A stretch of 57,828 nt of DNA, counting the filler, from Sphacelaria rigidula (taxonomy: Eukaryota), in the NCBI GenBank assembly GCA_964200075.2. It is 9 parts of 9 records of this genome, joined end to end, with 100 filler letters (N's around TTAATTAATTAA, not from the genome) between each part and the next. Parts side by side here need not be neighbours in the genome. Positions count along the whole stretch, not along the records: positions 1 to 6,337 come from CAXNAA020020694.1; positions 6,438 to 12,774 come from CAXNAA020020695.1; positions 12,875 to 19,211 come from CAXNAA020020696.1; 6 more parts are not named here. One strand, given 5' to 3'. This document shows, one piece after another, positions 1 through 13,740 of the stretch (within the stretch, counting starts at the first letter, position 1; each line of letters starts with the position of its first letter). The position numbers were made by a program, and so were the translations under genes. The notes beneath the pieces are model-generated. The model had not been told where the DNA came from, did not search any database, and saw only the letters and a list, made by a program, of their open reading frames with translations.

Positions 1-70
1 GCCAACCGCATCGGGGGTCCGCCCCTACAAAGCCGGGACGGAGCACGCCGGGTTCTCGCCGGACCAGGCC
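1..70 (-). mobile_element. Fragment of high-copy non-autonomous repeat 'A' (5' motif CCTGGTCCGGCGAGAACCCGGCGTGCTCCGTCCCGGCTTTGTAG)
   Basis: Near-identical motif at 25580-25624 (+), 36417-36460 (-), 36883-36927 (-) and 38621-38660 (-). Confidence 0.8.
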
Positions 71-2769
71 AACACAGAAAGGGTGAAAAAAATGCAAAAA
101 TGAGTCCACCCCCGTCCATACCTGGCCATCGACTTCACGCCACCGCACGCAGCCAGCATTCATGACCGAAGACTGTACGACACAGTACTGAATCTCCCTA
201 CAGCAGATGGATCATTCCATGTTTTTTGCGTACCGTTTCATCAACAATTCATCAACCATCGTTGCTTTTCGGCTTTGATTTCTCATAGGGTGTATGCCCG
301 ATACACCCGAACGCTTGCTAATCGCTCAGACCTCGCAGTCATACCAGAATAGCTCTGCAAGTGCACAGGCCCATCCCCGCACCGTGGGTCATGGGAGACA
401 TAACTGGTGCCGTATGTACATACTTCCTCTGTCCCATGAGTAAAGTTCGTCATGATCACACGGACCCTTGACTGAGCGCAATGCCGCAGGCGATATTTTT
501 TTCAATCTTGAGCGGTTTTTTAGTTGAATTACGTTTTTTCCTTCTTTTTGCGCAGCAGCCAGCGTGCCCGATCGGCTGATAAACGATCACTGGCCCAAAA
601 ATTACCATATTTCGCCCCTTGAACAGAACACAGGAAAGAACCCTGGAAACCCGAAAAACGGCAAAAAATCGCGAAAAAAGCATAACTGGCTCTTTCTCTC
701 CGGTTCATTGCTGGCATACGATAGCTGCGTCTAGTCCGAAACCACTCGTTTACATTGCAGCCTTCAATTACTTCAAAACAAGCCAAATTTGTCGAAATTC
801 GGCCGGAGATGTACAGATTGGACGGAATTTAGGCGAAATGTGGCCATGTTTGATCCAACGATGCTAAGGCTGTAGGTCGATTATTTTATTCTTGATTTTT
901 CCAGTGGCCATCTCCACAACTACAATTTTTCAACGAACCTAACCATAATATCGTGAGCACCTCCGTTGGCGAGGTTCGTACTTCCTCTGTTCCATGAAAA
1001 AAATGAATTCTTGATGATATTCCAAAGTTTTTCCGTTCTCTACAGGCTTCCGGGTGTCCCAGTGTGAAGACCACGGGGACGCGGTACAGAATGCCTCAAC
1101 GGAAACGGTACAGAATGCCTCAACGGAAAAAAAATGATGAGTACCGGCGGAGTCTACGGAACGTGTGTACAAAGTTTGGTCGAGAAACTCGAAAACCTCA
1201 CACACGGTATTTCTCGCCTTGACGTTGATATACACCCAAAAAATACGATTTCATACTAAAACCAAGTAGTCAGGAGTTAGCACGTTTCAAGCTCACGTCG
1301 TCGCACAAACGCGGAAAACTTTACGCCGTTTTTAGGAGTTGAACCTGAAAATTTGCACGAATGTGCTGTTGATCGCTACGCAACTTTCGATGAACGAACC
1401 GTGTTATTTTCTTCGACTTTTCTAGCACTTTTCGGGGGTCTGACGGGATTCAAGTTTCCCCCAAAACCCTGGGGCCACCAATAGACGGTGAAAAAGGTCA
1501 AAAAGTGAAGAAAATAGAAACTCAACCTTCGAAAGTTGGGTAATGACCCAAAGCAAAATTGTACAAAATTTTGAAGTCCAACTCCCAACAACGGCGTGGT
1601 TCCAAGTGGGTATATTCCCAATTTTGCCCTCAACACTGCAGTTCTCGCCGTTTAACCCTTTTTGGGACCGGGACTCCAGAACGACCAATGAGGCTGGTTA
1701 GCAATGACGTGTCTGGCGTCTGCCCCAAACAGTGGCGTCTTGCTGGAAATCCGCATATGTAACCGCAGGGTTATGACGAAGACCGAAAGTTTCACCCAAT
1801 CTGCTCTTAGGTGCAGGTTGCGCATTAGGTAGTGTACATCTCATGTACTGTGGCGAGCAGTATGGGTCGGGGTAGAGAGCTTCCAACGGGATGCGGCGGC
1901 CGGCGGCCCGCCCGCCACTTGTGGCTTTGGATGATATTATTGTCCCCATCACCCTGCCACACAGCCCCTTGTGGTCGGGGTGGGCCGCCATTCCCTTCTT
2001 TGTTGCATGCGGCAAATTCTCTTCGAAGGGTATCAGCGTTGCGGCGCGCATGCATACAGTATAGTACAGTACAGTGTAGTACGCCTCTCCGACTGCAGCA
2101 GCAGCTGCCGCTGCATACACCCTTGCCTACGTTCTGGGCAGTTATCAGCTACCGAGATCAACTGCCTATATACCGCTTATTCATCCCCGTCCACTACATA
2201 CATGTTGACTGCACACCGCAAGTCATCGGCAGAGAGATACGCAGAATTCATGTCGGTAGCCCCTTTTGTCTTTCCACGGCCCAGCTGGGTTTAGTGCCTG
2301 GTGAAAATGACCACACGGTAGGATATACACTCCTTCCCGGTTTTCCCGCTCCACCTGTGTTAGTGTAACTACTACGTTTTAGTACAGAATTGCGACCCCC
2401 CCTCGGAAAAACTCGGGAACGCTATACTAAATCCAAGTAATACAATAAAACCAAGCTGCGACCACCCTGCATTTGGAAACCTGGGGAGGCTTATCTGGGC
2501 CAAGGATAGGGCTACCACACGATGTTTGCAATGGCATCACACTCGACAACAATCCCTGCGCTGGTCGTGCGGGTCTGGTAGATAAATTTCGCCTCGCCGT
2601 GATTGGGCAGGTCGCTCCATGCCTTATTTTTCATCATTACACGAACACAGGATCAACCCTGTGTGAGTGGGGCGTCGGTCCCGAAAGGGTTGAGGTATCC
2701 AAATATTCATGTAGCTGATGCCATCTGTACTGTTTCCTGCTGCTTTACCAGCTTCGCGTTCCATTCCCA

Positions 2770-3135
2770 TGCTTCTCCCGCATATTCCAGCTACGGTACA
2801 ATGACACTCATGAGAATACATATCTAAATCCTAAAATAGTACTTCGTATTGAGGTTCAAGTCTCTTCGGATCACGTTCATCTTGCTTATCTGTGCCTTGC
2901 CCTTTCCCACCACTTTTCCATGTGTGCATCCCAAGAAGAGGTTTTTAATATCTCTACGCCAACGCATGTGTACTGATTTACGATTGGCAATCCCTCCTGT
3001 CTCCACTTAGATTTGAACTCCACCTGGCTCTCCTTGTCTCCGTTACGTACCAGTACAGCGCATTTTTTCACGTTCGCTGCCACTCTCCAATTCCTGGGGT
3101 ACTCTAACGCCTTCTCTACTGTAGTTGAAGTGTGG
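2770..3135 (-). pseudogene. LINE reverse-transcriptase fragment, same family as 25749-28275
   Basis: Translation EKALEYPRNWRVAANVKKCAV...LPIVNQYTCVGVEILKTSSWDAH matches KALKYTTEWKVAANVDKCA...LPIVDQ*TCLGVEISKPCSWDA at ~26990-27180; frameshifted. Confidence 0.85.
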
Positions 3136-6100
3136 GCCCGGAAAATTTTCTCGCGTGCCCTTGTTACTAGCGACAAAAAACACAGCGGCGCGTATCCCAC
3201 CGCCGCATGTGAGAAAACGACTGAAGATTCAAGATTTAAAACATTCTTCACTTCCTAGAAACACGAAAACCTCTAATTACTTCATGACCCTTTCCTCCAG
3301 GAAGCGACGACGTCTACAGGTCCTTCGGCTTCTCTTGTAGCTACAACTTACCTTGAAGGGGGTGATATACCCCGTATTAGTGACAAGGATATCCTACACC
3401 TGGTAGGAACGCGCCGCTACAAAAGAGTCTATTTTCACGGGATAAGGGGAACAAAACATCACGAGCTTTCACCAGAGGCAAGTCAACCTAATTCTACCTT
3501 ACTATACTGTAGTAAATCCTGCGTTGGTCTCTTTTTTGATGCCATGGAGTTGGAGCAACTACTCAACAAATATGGCAGGGGTTCCTCTCGTTTCCGGCAG
3601 ACGAGAGTTTGGGTCAATCAGACGATGCCACTTTGGTGGATCCTACGAGGTGATATATAACACCCCCCAAGATGAACTTGTCAACCAACCGTCATTTCAT
3701 CAGAGCGCAGGCCTCTCTGCTGACATTAATTGCCGACATAGCCCATCGTATCGAGAGTTTTTGATGAAAAATGCCCGTCGATGTAGTATTCGGTGACATG
3801 GCTGCCGCAGCTGAAGATAAAATAAAACTCGAAACATGAGGGTGTTATACTACATCATTTATCATAAGACTCGCGAAGAACACCAGCGCGGAGCGCGGGT
3901 ATTGTACTCTTCTTATTTTACACTCTGTGGTGTTTCAAGGAGAAACTCATCAAATCAAGACACCAACTCCAGACACAACATACACACTTTGACGCCGTAC
4001 GCATTGCTGTAGACATAAATGCAGGTTACTCAATCTCACGATCGATGACAACAACGTTAACACGTGAATAAGCGCACTCACCCGCGTCTGCTCGGTTGGC
4101 ACCTCGTCTCCCCGAGTCCCTGGTGAGTGTAGATGCAGCGCCAGCAATTTATTGTTGGCTCCTCACAGACTTTGGCGCGATCACTTCACCACCGTCCGTA
4201 CGCCACCTATAAAGATCCCCTAACTTGTACTGTAATGGACCCGATTTGGGTCAACAGGGGAGTACTGTAGTCTACGGAGCACTACTAAAATAACAGACAA
4301 CGAGCAGGTGGTTGAGATTGCCTACTCTGACTGACGGTATCAGGAAGAAAATGGTGAATGGCGTAAGATTGATGCCCCGCATAAATATGTCGTTATTTGG
4401 GTACTCATCTCGGCCAGTTGGTGTGCAGCGCGGCAATCCCGTTTGAGCTGCCTGCGGCTACCCAGCGGCCTTGCGCGTTCGAATGTAAGTGCCGACAAAG
4501 GTGATAATTGGTGTATGTCAACACAATAAGGGAGGGAAACTATGTTCGCTGTTGGTATACGCTATCTTGATGACATCGAAATTCAAAACCGCATACATGG
4601 AGCGGGGAGAGGCGATGGATCTGTGGGGCAATCGACTTGTACAGGCAACAGAGACAGATCGAGGATGCCCTCTAGTAGTCAATACCTCAGAAGAAAGCAA
4701 CAGAGCGAGACCTTGTTGATAAGACTCGATAACCGAAGTCTCAGTTTGAGGAGTTTCTCCATCCGCAAAATGGAAGCCGAGTATAGTGCACGCCGTTTCG
4801 CGGTTTGCGGTGCAGTCAGTCCAGTCCTGTGGAGATATCACGAGACAGCACATCCCCTACTTGTCTGGACACACAAGAAATCAAGGCAGGCGAGAGGGTG
4901 GCTCGTGCAATATTCCGCACGAGGTAGCAAAATATGCGTATGTATGCACGCGCAGAGATACACGCACCGCACATATATTCCATACAAGTAACACGACATG
5001 ATGGTGTAACGGTCCATCACGCTTGTTCAGTTATCAGGTGCGTGCCGTCTGCGGACAACAGGCTCGACTCACCCCCCCTGTGCAACAGACACACCGCGTG
5101 GAGAGCAGCACGCTTGCAGCAGCCCTGCCGCAGCAGCAAAGACAGAGAAGAAGGGTCCCTGTTCAACCTGATGTTTCCTCGGCTTACTTCATGTGCAGCG
5201 GCCGAACGTCGTGAAGTATCTTAGCTTAACGTGTATATTACGTTTCGTTGTTTATCACCCCCCCCTCATGCCACCCTAAAAACGCCCAAGGGTAATGCAT
5301 TTCGGTTTCGCCACCATTCCGGTATTTATAGCACTATACCGGGGTACATTATTTATCATTTTCCCAAACACCAGATACCACCGCTGGGTGGTGAGTTTTC
5401 AATTCCTCGAACCATTGGCCGGGGGTCGTTTATACCGTAACCTGGGGTAGTCCCTTATTCTTGCTTTCATGTTTGCAACTTTGCCATGATGGAATACCAG
5501 GAGTTGGATGCGAGAGGTTTCCGAATTCTCCGATTGCAGTACCGCAAAAGATAAAGTCACGCAAAATGACGCTCTATGGCATTAGTTTTCCAAGCTCGAT
5601 CTTATGACGAAGCAAGGTCCCAAAGGCTCGTGTCTCGGCTGCCTCCTGATGTATGTTGGCACAACGCGCAACCCACAACCCCCCCGCTCGCTCCTCCTCA
5701 CTTCCCTCCGTTCCATAAATGGCAGCTACAATTCCTCTGCTACTTTATTCGAGATCCTTTGCTGGTCGAGAGGGAGGGAGCAAGAAAAAACGCCCGACGC
5801 CAAGCGTGGTGCGGAAGTCGCGCGCGGCAGCAAAAAGTCTCAGTTGAAGAGCACGCGTGGAAGCCCGATACTACGCTGACCTGAGGCAGTCGTACAGTGG
5901 AGGGCAAGCTGGGGCAGGAATTTACTGGAGAAAGACGAGAGGGGGGGAAAGAGTGGGAGGAAAGTGAGTAAAAAAAACGGCTGAAGAATGGGAGAGGGGA
6001 GGAGAGGAGAGGGGGAACACGGTACAAAATGTTGTAAGTATACTCAGGTTTCTTAGGTCTATACGCGGGTGTGTGCGAGAGAAGCGGATTGATCTTGCGC

Positions 6101-6337
6101 TTCAGCTGCTAGCTGAAAGGCCGCTGTACAGTTAACCCTTTTGGAACCGTAGATGGAAAATTGACGATTTGCATTTGAGTTTTTTCGGGCAAGAAATGGT
6201 TGTTTTTCTACAGCTTTTGAGCAAACGATTTGCTCAAAGTCTGTTTTCAGATCCGTGCGAATGGAACGTGAAAGAAGAGAAGGGTCGAAGGTTCTCTATT
6301 TTACGGGTATGACGAATTGTTCGACCCGTCGGTGTTT

Positions 6338-6437
6338 NNNNNNNNNNNNNNNNNNNNNNNNNNNNNNNNNNNNNNNNNNNNTTAATTAATTAANNNNNNN
6401 NNNNNNNNNNNNNNNNNNNNNNNNNNNNNNNNNNNNN
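6338..6437. other. Artificial contig spacer (44 N + TTAATTAATTAA + 44 N); identical spacers at 12775-12874, 19212-19311, 25649-25748, 32085-32184, 38521-38620, 44957-45056, 51393-51492
   Basis: Eight identical 100-bp blocks with a six-frame-stop palindrome. The intervening segments are 6337 bp (x4) then 6336 bp (x5), i.e. size-sorted contigs. Confidence 0.98.
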
Positions 6438-6792
6438 TGTTCTTGTGGCCGGTGGATTCATGATCATGGGTCCACCCCCCCCCCCCCCGGTCTCCTCCTA
6501 CTGCTTCAAGGTTCGGACGAATCATCGCCGATTCGAATCAACAAATCCACGATTTCTCAGGCCTGATCGATGGGAAGAGAGAAAAGTCGACCGCTGGTCA
6601 AACAGGTCTCCACGCAACCTTTGCGCCATTCCACGTGCCTGGGCTTCGCGTGCTTGGGTCGCAACTCTGAAAACACAGGTTAAGGACTGATTCGTACCGT
6701 ACGAATCAATCCCACTAAAATCAAGTAATTTCCGCACGAATCATTAATTCGTCCGACCGTTGCACTGCCTCTGCGATTCCGCCAACGACCAG

Positions 6793-7011
6793 TCGATAGC
6801 GGATATCCCACAAGAACGACCAGGCGGAGGTACGGTTACCAACCTCTCTGCCCCCGGAGGTGCCGGTTCCATCGCATCCACCGATCGTGGGGGAGGGCAG
6901 GGGTTGACGAGCAGGCGAGGAGGGGGTCGACAGGTCAAGCCAAAAGCGCCGCTGAAGGTGGTGGTCGATCTACGAGAGTTTCGGAGCGTGCTGCCCAACC
7001 TCCTGCACCAG
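6793..7011 (+). CDS. ERCC4: XPF/ERCC4 (RAD1/UVH1) DNA repair endonuclease, internal exon (start of nuclease domain)
   Basis: cag acceptor and CAG|gtattg donor, phase 0. Encodes KVVVDLREFRSVLPNLLHQ, matching the XPF motif VxVDxREFRSxLPxLLH. The acceptor position is less certain than the donor. Confidence 0.88.
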
Positions 7012-9472
7012 GTATTGCCACCAACTAATGTGTAGTTCAGAGATTGCTTGTTGGGAATCCTGGTGAACGTTTGCGCATCTTCCTTACACCCGGAAATCCC
7101 TGTTGGCCGGCGTCGTTACTTGCGTATGACTGGAGACGCCGAGGTTATTTTCCGGCGCTCTGGAGGAAAGCTTTGTTCATTTTCAGAAGAAGGGAAAACG
7201 CACGAGTCATTAGCACCCGCACAAGCTTCTCTTCGGCATGTCTGGTATCTGTCCATAAACTACGCCGCATAGTAGGAGCGACTTTTTCGCCAGATCGAGA
7301 GTCTAGCAATTGTTCTGAGAGTGAGTCTTTTAGTAGAGATACGCTGTTCCGGTGTGTTCCATTCGTGGATGAAACATTGACATGTCTGAATTCCACGTGT
7401 AATGATGTCGATTCAACATATCTCCTACCCCAGCGGTCAAACGGTCACTACGAATGACTTTGCGAATCTCGTGTAGATTTCGAGTCGTGAGCTGTACGAG
7501 TATCAACAGCGAACAATGTGTTTTGTTGACCTCATGAAAATGACGGGAATGAGGATATCATCTATTCGTACTCCTCTCATTGATGCGCCGCCGTACATGG
7601 AACAGGTTCCCATATACGTCGCACATAGTGGCATGCATTCCAAAAATGTTCTCTAGACTAATAATGTTAACGCGAGTGCAGGGTATCCACCCGTCGCGGT
7701 GTCAAAGAACCGTAGACTGGTACTTGTCTGGTCTCGGTCTGTACATCCAACGACGAAGTCGTCAGAATGTTTACCTTTTGACCTGCAGGGTTCGCAATCC
7801 GGGCCACGCAGTAACGTTTCGTGTGAAGACCATGCCGGTTCCACAAAACGGGAAATTAACGCTGAAGATCTCCCGTTGTAGAATGGGCATACTTTTCGCT
7901 TTTCAGGTGAACATGTCGTGGACAACTTACTCTCAATTTAATGCTAGACTCTCAATCTGGCGGAAATGGTGTCTGCGGCGCAAGGACGATGCGTAGAAAC
8001 ACACGAGGGAACATGACACGACCAGACGACAGTGCTTTCGTGACTCAACTTACGATGCGTATCAACGCGCCACTGCATCACCAACCAACATTCAAACACG
8101 CTTGCATTAGCACAGAATCCAGTTTTAATCCTTTGGGAACCCATTGGCGATTTTTGTTTTGAGAATCGGCATCATGTTCAGTCATATTTTGAAGTCAAAA
8201 TGATGCTGGTTCACGAAAACAAAAAACGTGAATGGGTTTTTGGAGGGATAATCGCGCAAAAGTGAAAACTGAAACGAAGCCCACAGTCGATCCGAGCTTG
8301 CCCATGACGCAGATATACAGCTGGGCTACACATACCATTCAAACGCTTCTGCATTTCTTCCCTACATTTTTGGCGTTGTCATTTTGATCCTCCCCGCCCC
8401 CTATCCCCGTCGAAACGAATCCGTAGTCCAAGGGGGTCGACAAATTTCTTGCATGACGCCTGCCTTGCCGTTAACTATTAAGCTTTGGATCATGACTATA
8501 AGCACTGCCTCAGTCGATCTCGTCGAATTTTTCACCTTTTTGTGTCCAAGTCTTGTTCTCACGTGTCCCGACGACGGTAACGATCGAAACCATGTTTCTG
8601 CTTCCGAGATTCCAACCCGCAACATCCCCCCCTGAGTAGTGTTTATTTACCAATTTGACGCCGCTCGCGCGGTGGAAAGGTTGCGCACACGAACGTGGGA
8701 AGATGGCGCCTGACTTATATAAGTCAGACTCGTTTGTTGGACCCTTGGTAACGTATGTTGTAGCGCAAGGCAGTTATCTTCTTGCCATGGTTCGCCTTTG
8801 AAGGTAGTAACAAGTTTTGTCGTGTGAGTACCTCGGTTGATATTTGTGTGAGAGTGCGTGCGGACGCCAGCCGTTGGAAATTGTTGGTATCGCTGACGTT
8901 TCATTTTAACTTGCTACGATCGTCATTTTCCATTGGGCATCTCCTTACCGCAATCAGCAAGGATTCGAGTTGATACCCCTGGTGACCCCCGTGGTGGACT
9001 ACGTGCTGTCACACCCAATAATCCCTTACATCGCTCGTTTTTCGGTTTTCCCGTATATATACTTCCGACCATTCTATGGCCTGCGTTACGCCATGATAGT
9101 GCTGAAAAAGTGTGGCAAGGGTTTGAAGCGATGCATCCGGTGGTCGTCGCTGACATTGATGAACATGCTGGCACAAACAATCGCTCTACCCACTTGTTTT
9201 TCCCTGCATGTTCACTGCTGTAACCATTTTGTCATTCCTGCGGTTGGCAGTAAGATTTGTCATAGTCCAACGGCGTGAACATCTGACGTCACACATGATA
9301 CATTATTCTGTCGGGTTCATTTCCGACTTCGCCGCTGTTTGTTATGTCCTCTCTGCTGGAATCGATGATTTTCCACGCAACGGTCGTGCGTATCTTCCCT
9401 CCTTTGTATCGTTTCGCCCTTCCCTTTCTCGTCTTCTCTTCACGACCAATCACACGCTACACCCCTCAACAG

Positions 9473-9601
9473 CAAGGATTTGAGCTGGTACCTCTGGTGA
9501 TCTCCGTCGGCGACTACGTACTGACGCCCCAAATCTGCGTAGAGCGCAAGAGCTTGTCGGACTTGTTCCAGTCCATGTCTTCGGGAAGGCTCTACAACCA
9601 G
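9473..9601 (+). CDS. ERCC4: XPF/ERCC4 endonuclease, catalytic-motif exon
   Basis: caacag acceptor and CAG|gttcga donor, in frame with the previous exon. QGFELVPLVISVGDYVLTPQICVERKSLSDLFQSMSSGRLYNQ carries the GDxnERKx3D active site and SGRLYNQ. Confidence 0.93.
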
Positions 9602-11119
9602 GTTCGACGTTTTGAGGGTGTATTTTGCGATGTGGCAAGATTGCCTGCAGGGCTTCACTGCAGGATCAACGCCCCATGCAACGCGATTGGGGGTTTGCTT
9701 TCAAACGTTGAATGACAGCAAGTCGATGCTCATTCATCCGTGGAGGGTCGCACAGCCGGGCTAGGGTGATCTGCGGTAATCACACGGTCACGCCCAGCAG
9801 AGTTTATCCCCGCTCTGCGTCATGAAGCGATGTTTGAATGTGTTCTTGCTTCTGGTGCGGATTTTACATTCGGATCTTCAAGAGGGTCACAGTCCCAAGC
9901 TCTCGCCCAGTACGGGCGTGTCGTGCGCACAGGCGCCAATTCGAGCCAAAACAAACGGCAGATTGCCCAGGGCACTGTATGCACCCCCATTGCCTGAGGG
10001 TCTCTGTCTGCCTTGGGTTGGGGTTACGGTTAGTGCTTGCGTCAGCGGTATGGATTGACAAAAATCAGGTATGTGTCAAGCATCGCACAAAGGCGCTGAA
10101 CCAGTGTGAGCTCGCCTTGTCCCAATTTTTTTCAACCCGTGTTTCTAGGCAGACTCTACGACCGAGGTTTGCTGTCGTGTGTACATATTTTCGAGTGTTG
10201 TCGTGCTGGCGGTTGACTTGACCTTCCTAGAGGCAACCTACGAAAAGTGTTTTGGGTGCGGAGTCATGCCATGATAGGTGTGGGGGTGGGGGTGCTTGAT
10301 TCCACGAGAAAGAGAGCTCAAAGGTGCTTCAGACGACCGAACACACTCGCAGTGCGCTTGTATGTGGGTAAAACCGGTGTAAAGCCGTTTGTATACGCGT
10401 CCTTTACAGTATCGGTAACAAGCGCGTTCGACCAACCGTTGCTGTTTTCAACTTCGATTTGAAGTGGAATATCGTGGAAGAAAGGGCGCTAAATACCCCC
10501 GCCTGCCCTACCGTAGCATGTGTCTGTGGGGTACCTCCTATGTGCGTCGAATGCGCCGGGGACGACACCGACCAGCTGGAGGGCTTTTCATCCATCGCAT
10601 GCTTTTCACCTGTTGGGTGGATTAACCCTCCAAGTGCTGCCCGACTTGACTTGAACTATGTTGCACTCGAAATAGAACCCGCCACGCGTATTTTAGCCGG
10701 AGTGTTTTGAGTAAGTGCACTGATTGGGTCAACGGGCGTGTTACTCGGGTGCTGTTAAGTTCCGTTTTCGCTGTGCTGTACTCAAGTTGGGCTCGCACTG
10801 TGCGAGTAGATGTATGGGGGTACGAGCCAAGTTAGGACCGAACGATATCTTGCCCAGATTTGAGACCAAACAAAGCTAGTGTGCTGAGTAGCAGCATGGA
10901 AGTGTTGTAGAGAGAAGTACGAGGAATGAAGTGGCGAAGGCACGAGTCATTCATCCAAGAGTCATGCTATTTCGGGGCTGTATGTCTCGGAACTTTCCGT
11001 TTCTTCACCACATCAATGGGGTCCCTCGTTGAAGGCTTGTCGGGCTCCCACTCCACAGCAGTGAACGTCTACTTGCATCATCACTTCTCCAGTAGGTGGG
11101 GCAATTTTCGCGAACACCA

Positions 11120-11285
11120 TTTTTATTTTTATTTTCTTCAACCCTTCCCATCCGTCGGGATTAGTCCGTTGTCTCAAGGGATCAACCCATGTATTCCCCG
11201 GTAAATATCCTTGCAAGTTGGCGTCGCGGACTGGATCATGACTATCAGCACTTCGGCACCGCATTGACTCTCGCCGTTTCAACTC
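11120..11285 (-). mobile_element. Truncated tRNA-derived SINE (family 2), 3' part
   Basis: cgtcgggattagtccgt...ctcaagggatcaaccca matches 33147-33437 and 48948-49266. Another fragment is at 12720-12774 in the opposite orientation. Confidence 0.75.
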
Positions 11286-13306
11286 TTGCTACCCCCCCCC
11301 CCCCCCCCCCCCCCCCCTCCCTCCCTCGTCTCCGTACAATCGCCAGTTCCCCGCCACTTAACCNNNNNNNNNNGGGCGGCGCGGGCGGGACCCTCACCAT
11401 CCCCCCCCCCCCCCCGCACTTACCCCCCCCGCTTTCACCCCTTCTTCCCCCCCCCCCCCCCCCCCCTTCATGTTTCCAATGATGGAAATAGGAATACTTT
11501 CCGAGGAATCCAAACACACCTTCCGGGAATCCAACCCTGCTTTTCCCGATCAAATTCTCAAGTTGTACCATTTGGAATACTGGGCACGGTGGATGCACTC
11601 TATATTAACCTTGGTGGGGGGTCCGCGCTTAAATGGTGCGCTTGCAAGGATCGATAAACATGCGAATGATTACGGTGAAAGTCAAAACGGTGAAGGACAA
11701 AAAGATGCTCGGTGCTCGTATCTGCTTGGGACAAGGATCTGAAAAATACGAATGGTGTAAGCCGTGCCGATTCAATCCTTGTGTTCAGGCAATGCTGTTG
11801 TCTATTCTGGATACAGTGCACGACCACCGACACGTAATGTGGGTTAAGGATAGGCTGGATTTCCATAGCTACTGCCTACACTGCGAATCGATTTGTGCAT
11901 GCTAGAAACGAATCTCATGAGCCTTAGGCCACACTGCATGTCCTCAAGAATATGGTCGATTCGCATGAAGCAATGATATCGATCGTATCATTGGTAGTTG
12001 AAAAATATTGAAATCAGTACTGTTTTATTTCTTCGTTCCAGTTGTGCTCACTACTGTACTGTCAAGTTACGGCGCGCCTTGAAACCCGCTTGTTGTGGCA
12101 TGAGACAGCTCTGATCCCAAAGACTTGTAACCCCTTGGGCATCGCAGCTCAGAACACCCGACTACATCTTCTGTGAAATCTCGAGTCGCTCGAGAAAAAT
12201 GCTTCGTTTTTTTTGTAGCTTTTGCCCATTGAATTTGAACCGCTTTTCCCTGCATGATGGCAGCCTCTCCGATTCCTCAATCCCGGAGATCAAGACGAGA
12301 ACGAGCCCAAGTTCCAAATACGTCGCTGTTTTTACCCTTGGACCCCGAGGTATGGCACATCATCGTGAGTTCATGTGCACCCTTGGGGTAACTTGCACAC
12401 GTCGGACAACTCATGGGCAACCCAAAATAACTCATCTAAGAGGACTCTCGAATTCCTTATCCAAAAATTCAATATGCATGACGGCAGCGTTCCGAGAAGC
12501 CAGAGCGCTACCGTTGCGCGGTTCCACGTGCTCAGCGTCCAGCGCTTTAGGGAGCAGATATGGGAAAATGGGTCACATGAGCCAGCTGATGATCCGGATC
12601 GGCACACTCATAGCAAGTAATATCCAGGTAGCTCATGAGCTGTGCGACGCGTGACAACTTGGTTTTGTTTTTCGTACGAACGCTCGTGCGGCGAAGATGC
12701 GCAAGAAATACTTTGCAGTACCGGGGGAGAGATGGGTTGATCCCTTGAGACCACGGACTCATCCCGAGGAAGGGNNNNNNNNNNNNNNNNNNNNNNNNNN
12801 NNNNNNNNNNNNNNNNNNTTAATTAATTAANNNNNNNNNNNNNNNNNNNNNNNNNNNNNNNNNNNNNNNNNNNNCAATGGTCTTATGAATATGGTAGGCA
12901 TGATCATGAGTACACACATGTCGTAGCATGACTCATTGACCAGCGTAGCTGTTGAACACAGTCCGGCAGGGATGAAGAACAAGCAAAGCATGCGGGGTCT
13001 GCTGTTCATGCCATCATGTCGTCGGTGTGCTAAAATACGGTACATGATGAAGTATATGTTTTTGCGGTCATGTGCGTGCGTCCTGAGCAACTAATCGCGA
13101 GGATTGAGAGCACCTGCTACACCACATACATGCACGTACTAGCCCGATTTCACGTCTTACTTTTTATTTGCTTTGACACGCTTAGACTGAGAATAACGGA
13201 CCCTGCAGTCCCCCCCCCCCTCTCCTCTACTGTATTTTGTCTCCCTTATTCGCTTATTAACTCACTCGTCCTGGACGTGACCCCGAAAACACAAATGATC
13301 ATGAAG

Positions 13307-13560
13307 GCAAGTACAAGAAATACATTCCCGCCGTGGGCCAGCAAAAAGAGGGTACCCGTCTGTCCGAGAAAATCACCATGGACGGCGGTTTGTTGGAAGC
13401 GGCAATCGGTCTGGGTGGTCAGCTGAGTCGCTGGCTCAAGCCGACGGATTTTTTGCCCGGCACGGTGGTAACGTTCGAGATGCCCTCCAGCGGATCCAAG
13501 CTGTTCACGCTGGAGGTTGTGGGGCACGACGAGTATACTCGCAAGCTATTGGCAGACAAG
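13307..13560 (+). CDS. DM10-domain/EF-hand protein (EFHC/RIB72-like), exon with the C-terminal half of DM10
   Basis: WLKPTDFLPGTVVTFE...FTLEVVGHDEYTRKLL resembles the DM10 consensus (y.p.Df.vG..v....F.l...DeyT..y). Ends AAG|gcgagg (GC donor, phase 0). The 5' boundary is uncertain. Confidence 0.72.
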
Positions 13561-13577
13561 GCGAGGCAGAGTAAATC

Positions 13578-13740
13578 GCGAGGTCAATGGTCTTATGACT
13601 ATGGCATGCATTATCATGAGTACACCCCCACCCCCCCCCACCCCCCCACCCACCTATGTTCCGTCTCGAAAGGGATGCGTGGTTAATGGTCAAACGACTA
13701 AGGCAAGCAACGAATGAGTACGCACCCCCCCACCCACCCA
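13578..13740 (+). mobile_element. Tandem retroposon 3' tails: repeat-A tail followed by LINE tail, each ending in a C-tract
   Basis: gcgaggtcaatggtcttatgactatggcatgcattatcatgagtacacccc, then ccgtctcgaaagggatgcgtggttaatggtcaaacgactaaggcaagcaacgaatgagtacgcacccc, which matches the LINE end at ~28209-28262. Confidence 0.85.

Noticed and set aside
4290..4860. Coding-like overlapping ORFs in contig 1
   Set aside because: Interrupted by stops, with no recognisable motif or consistent splice sites; cannot be supported without a database search.
6382..6393. Regularly spaced TTAATTAATTAA palindromes as a biological array or recombination site
   Set aside because: Always centred in exactly 44+44 Ns; an assembly linker with stops in all six frames.
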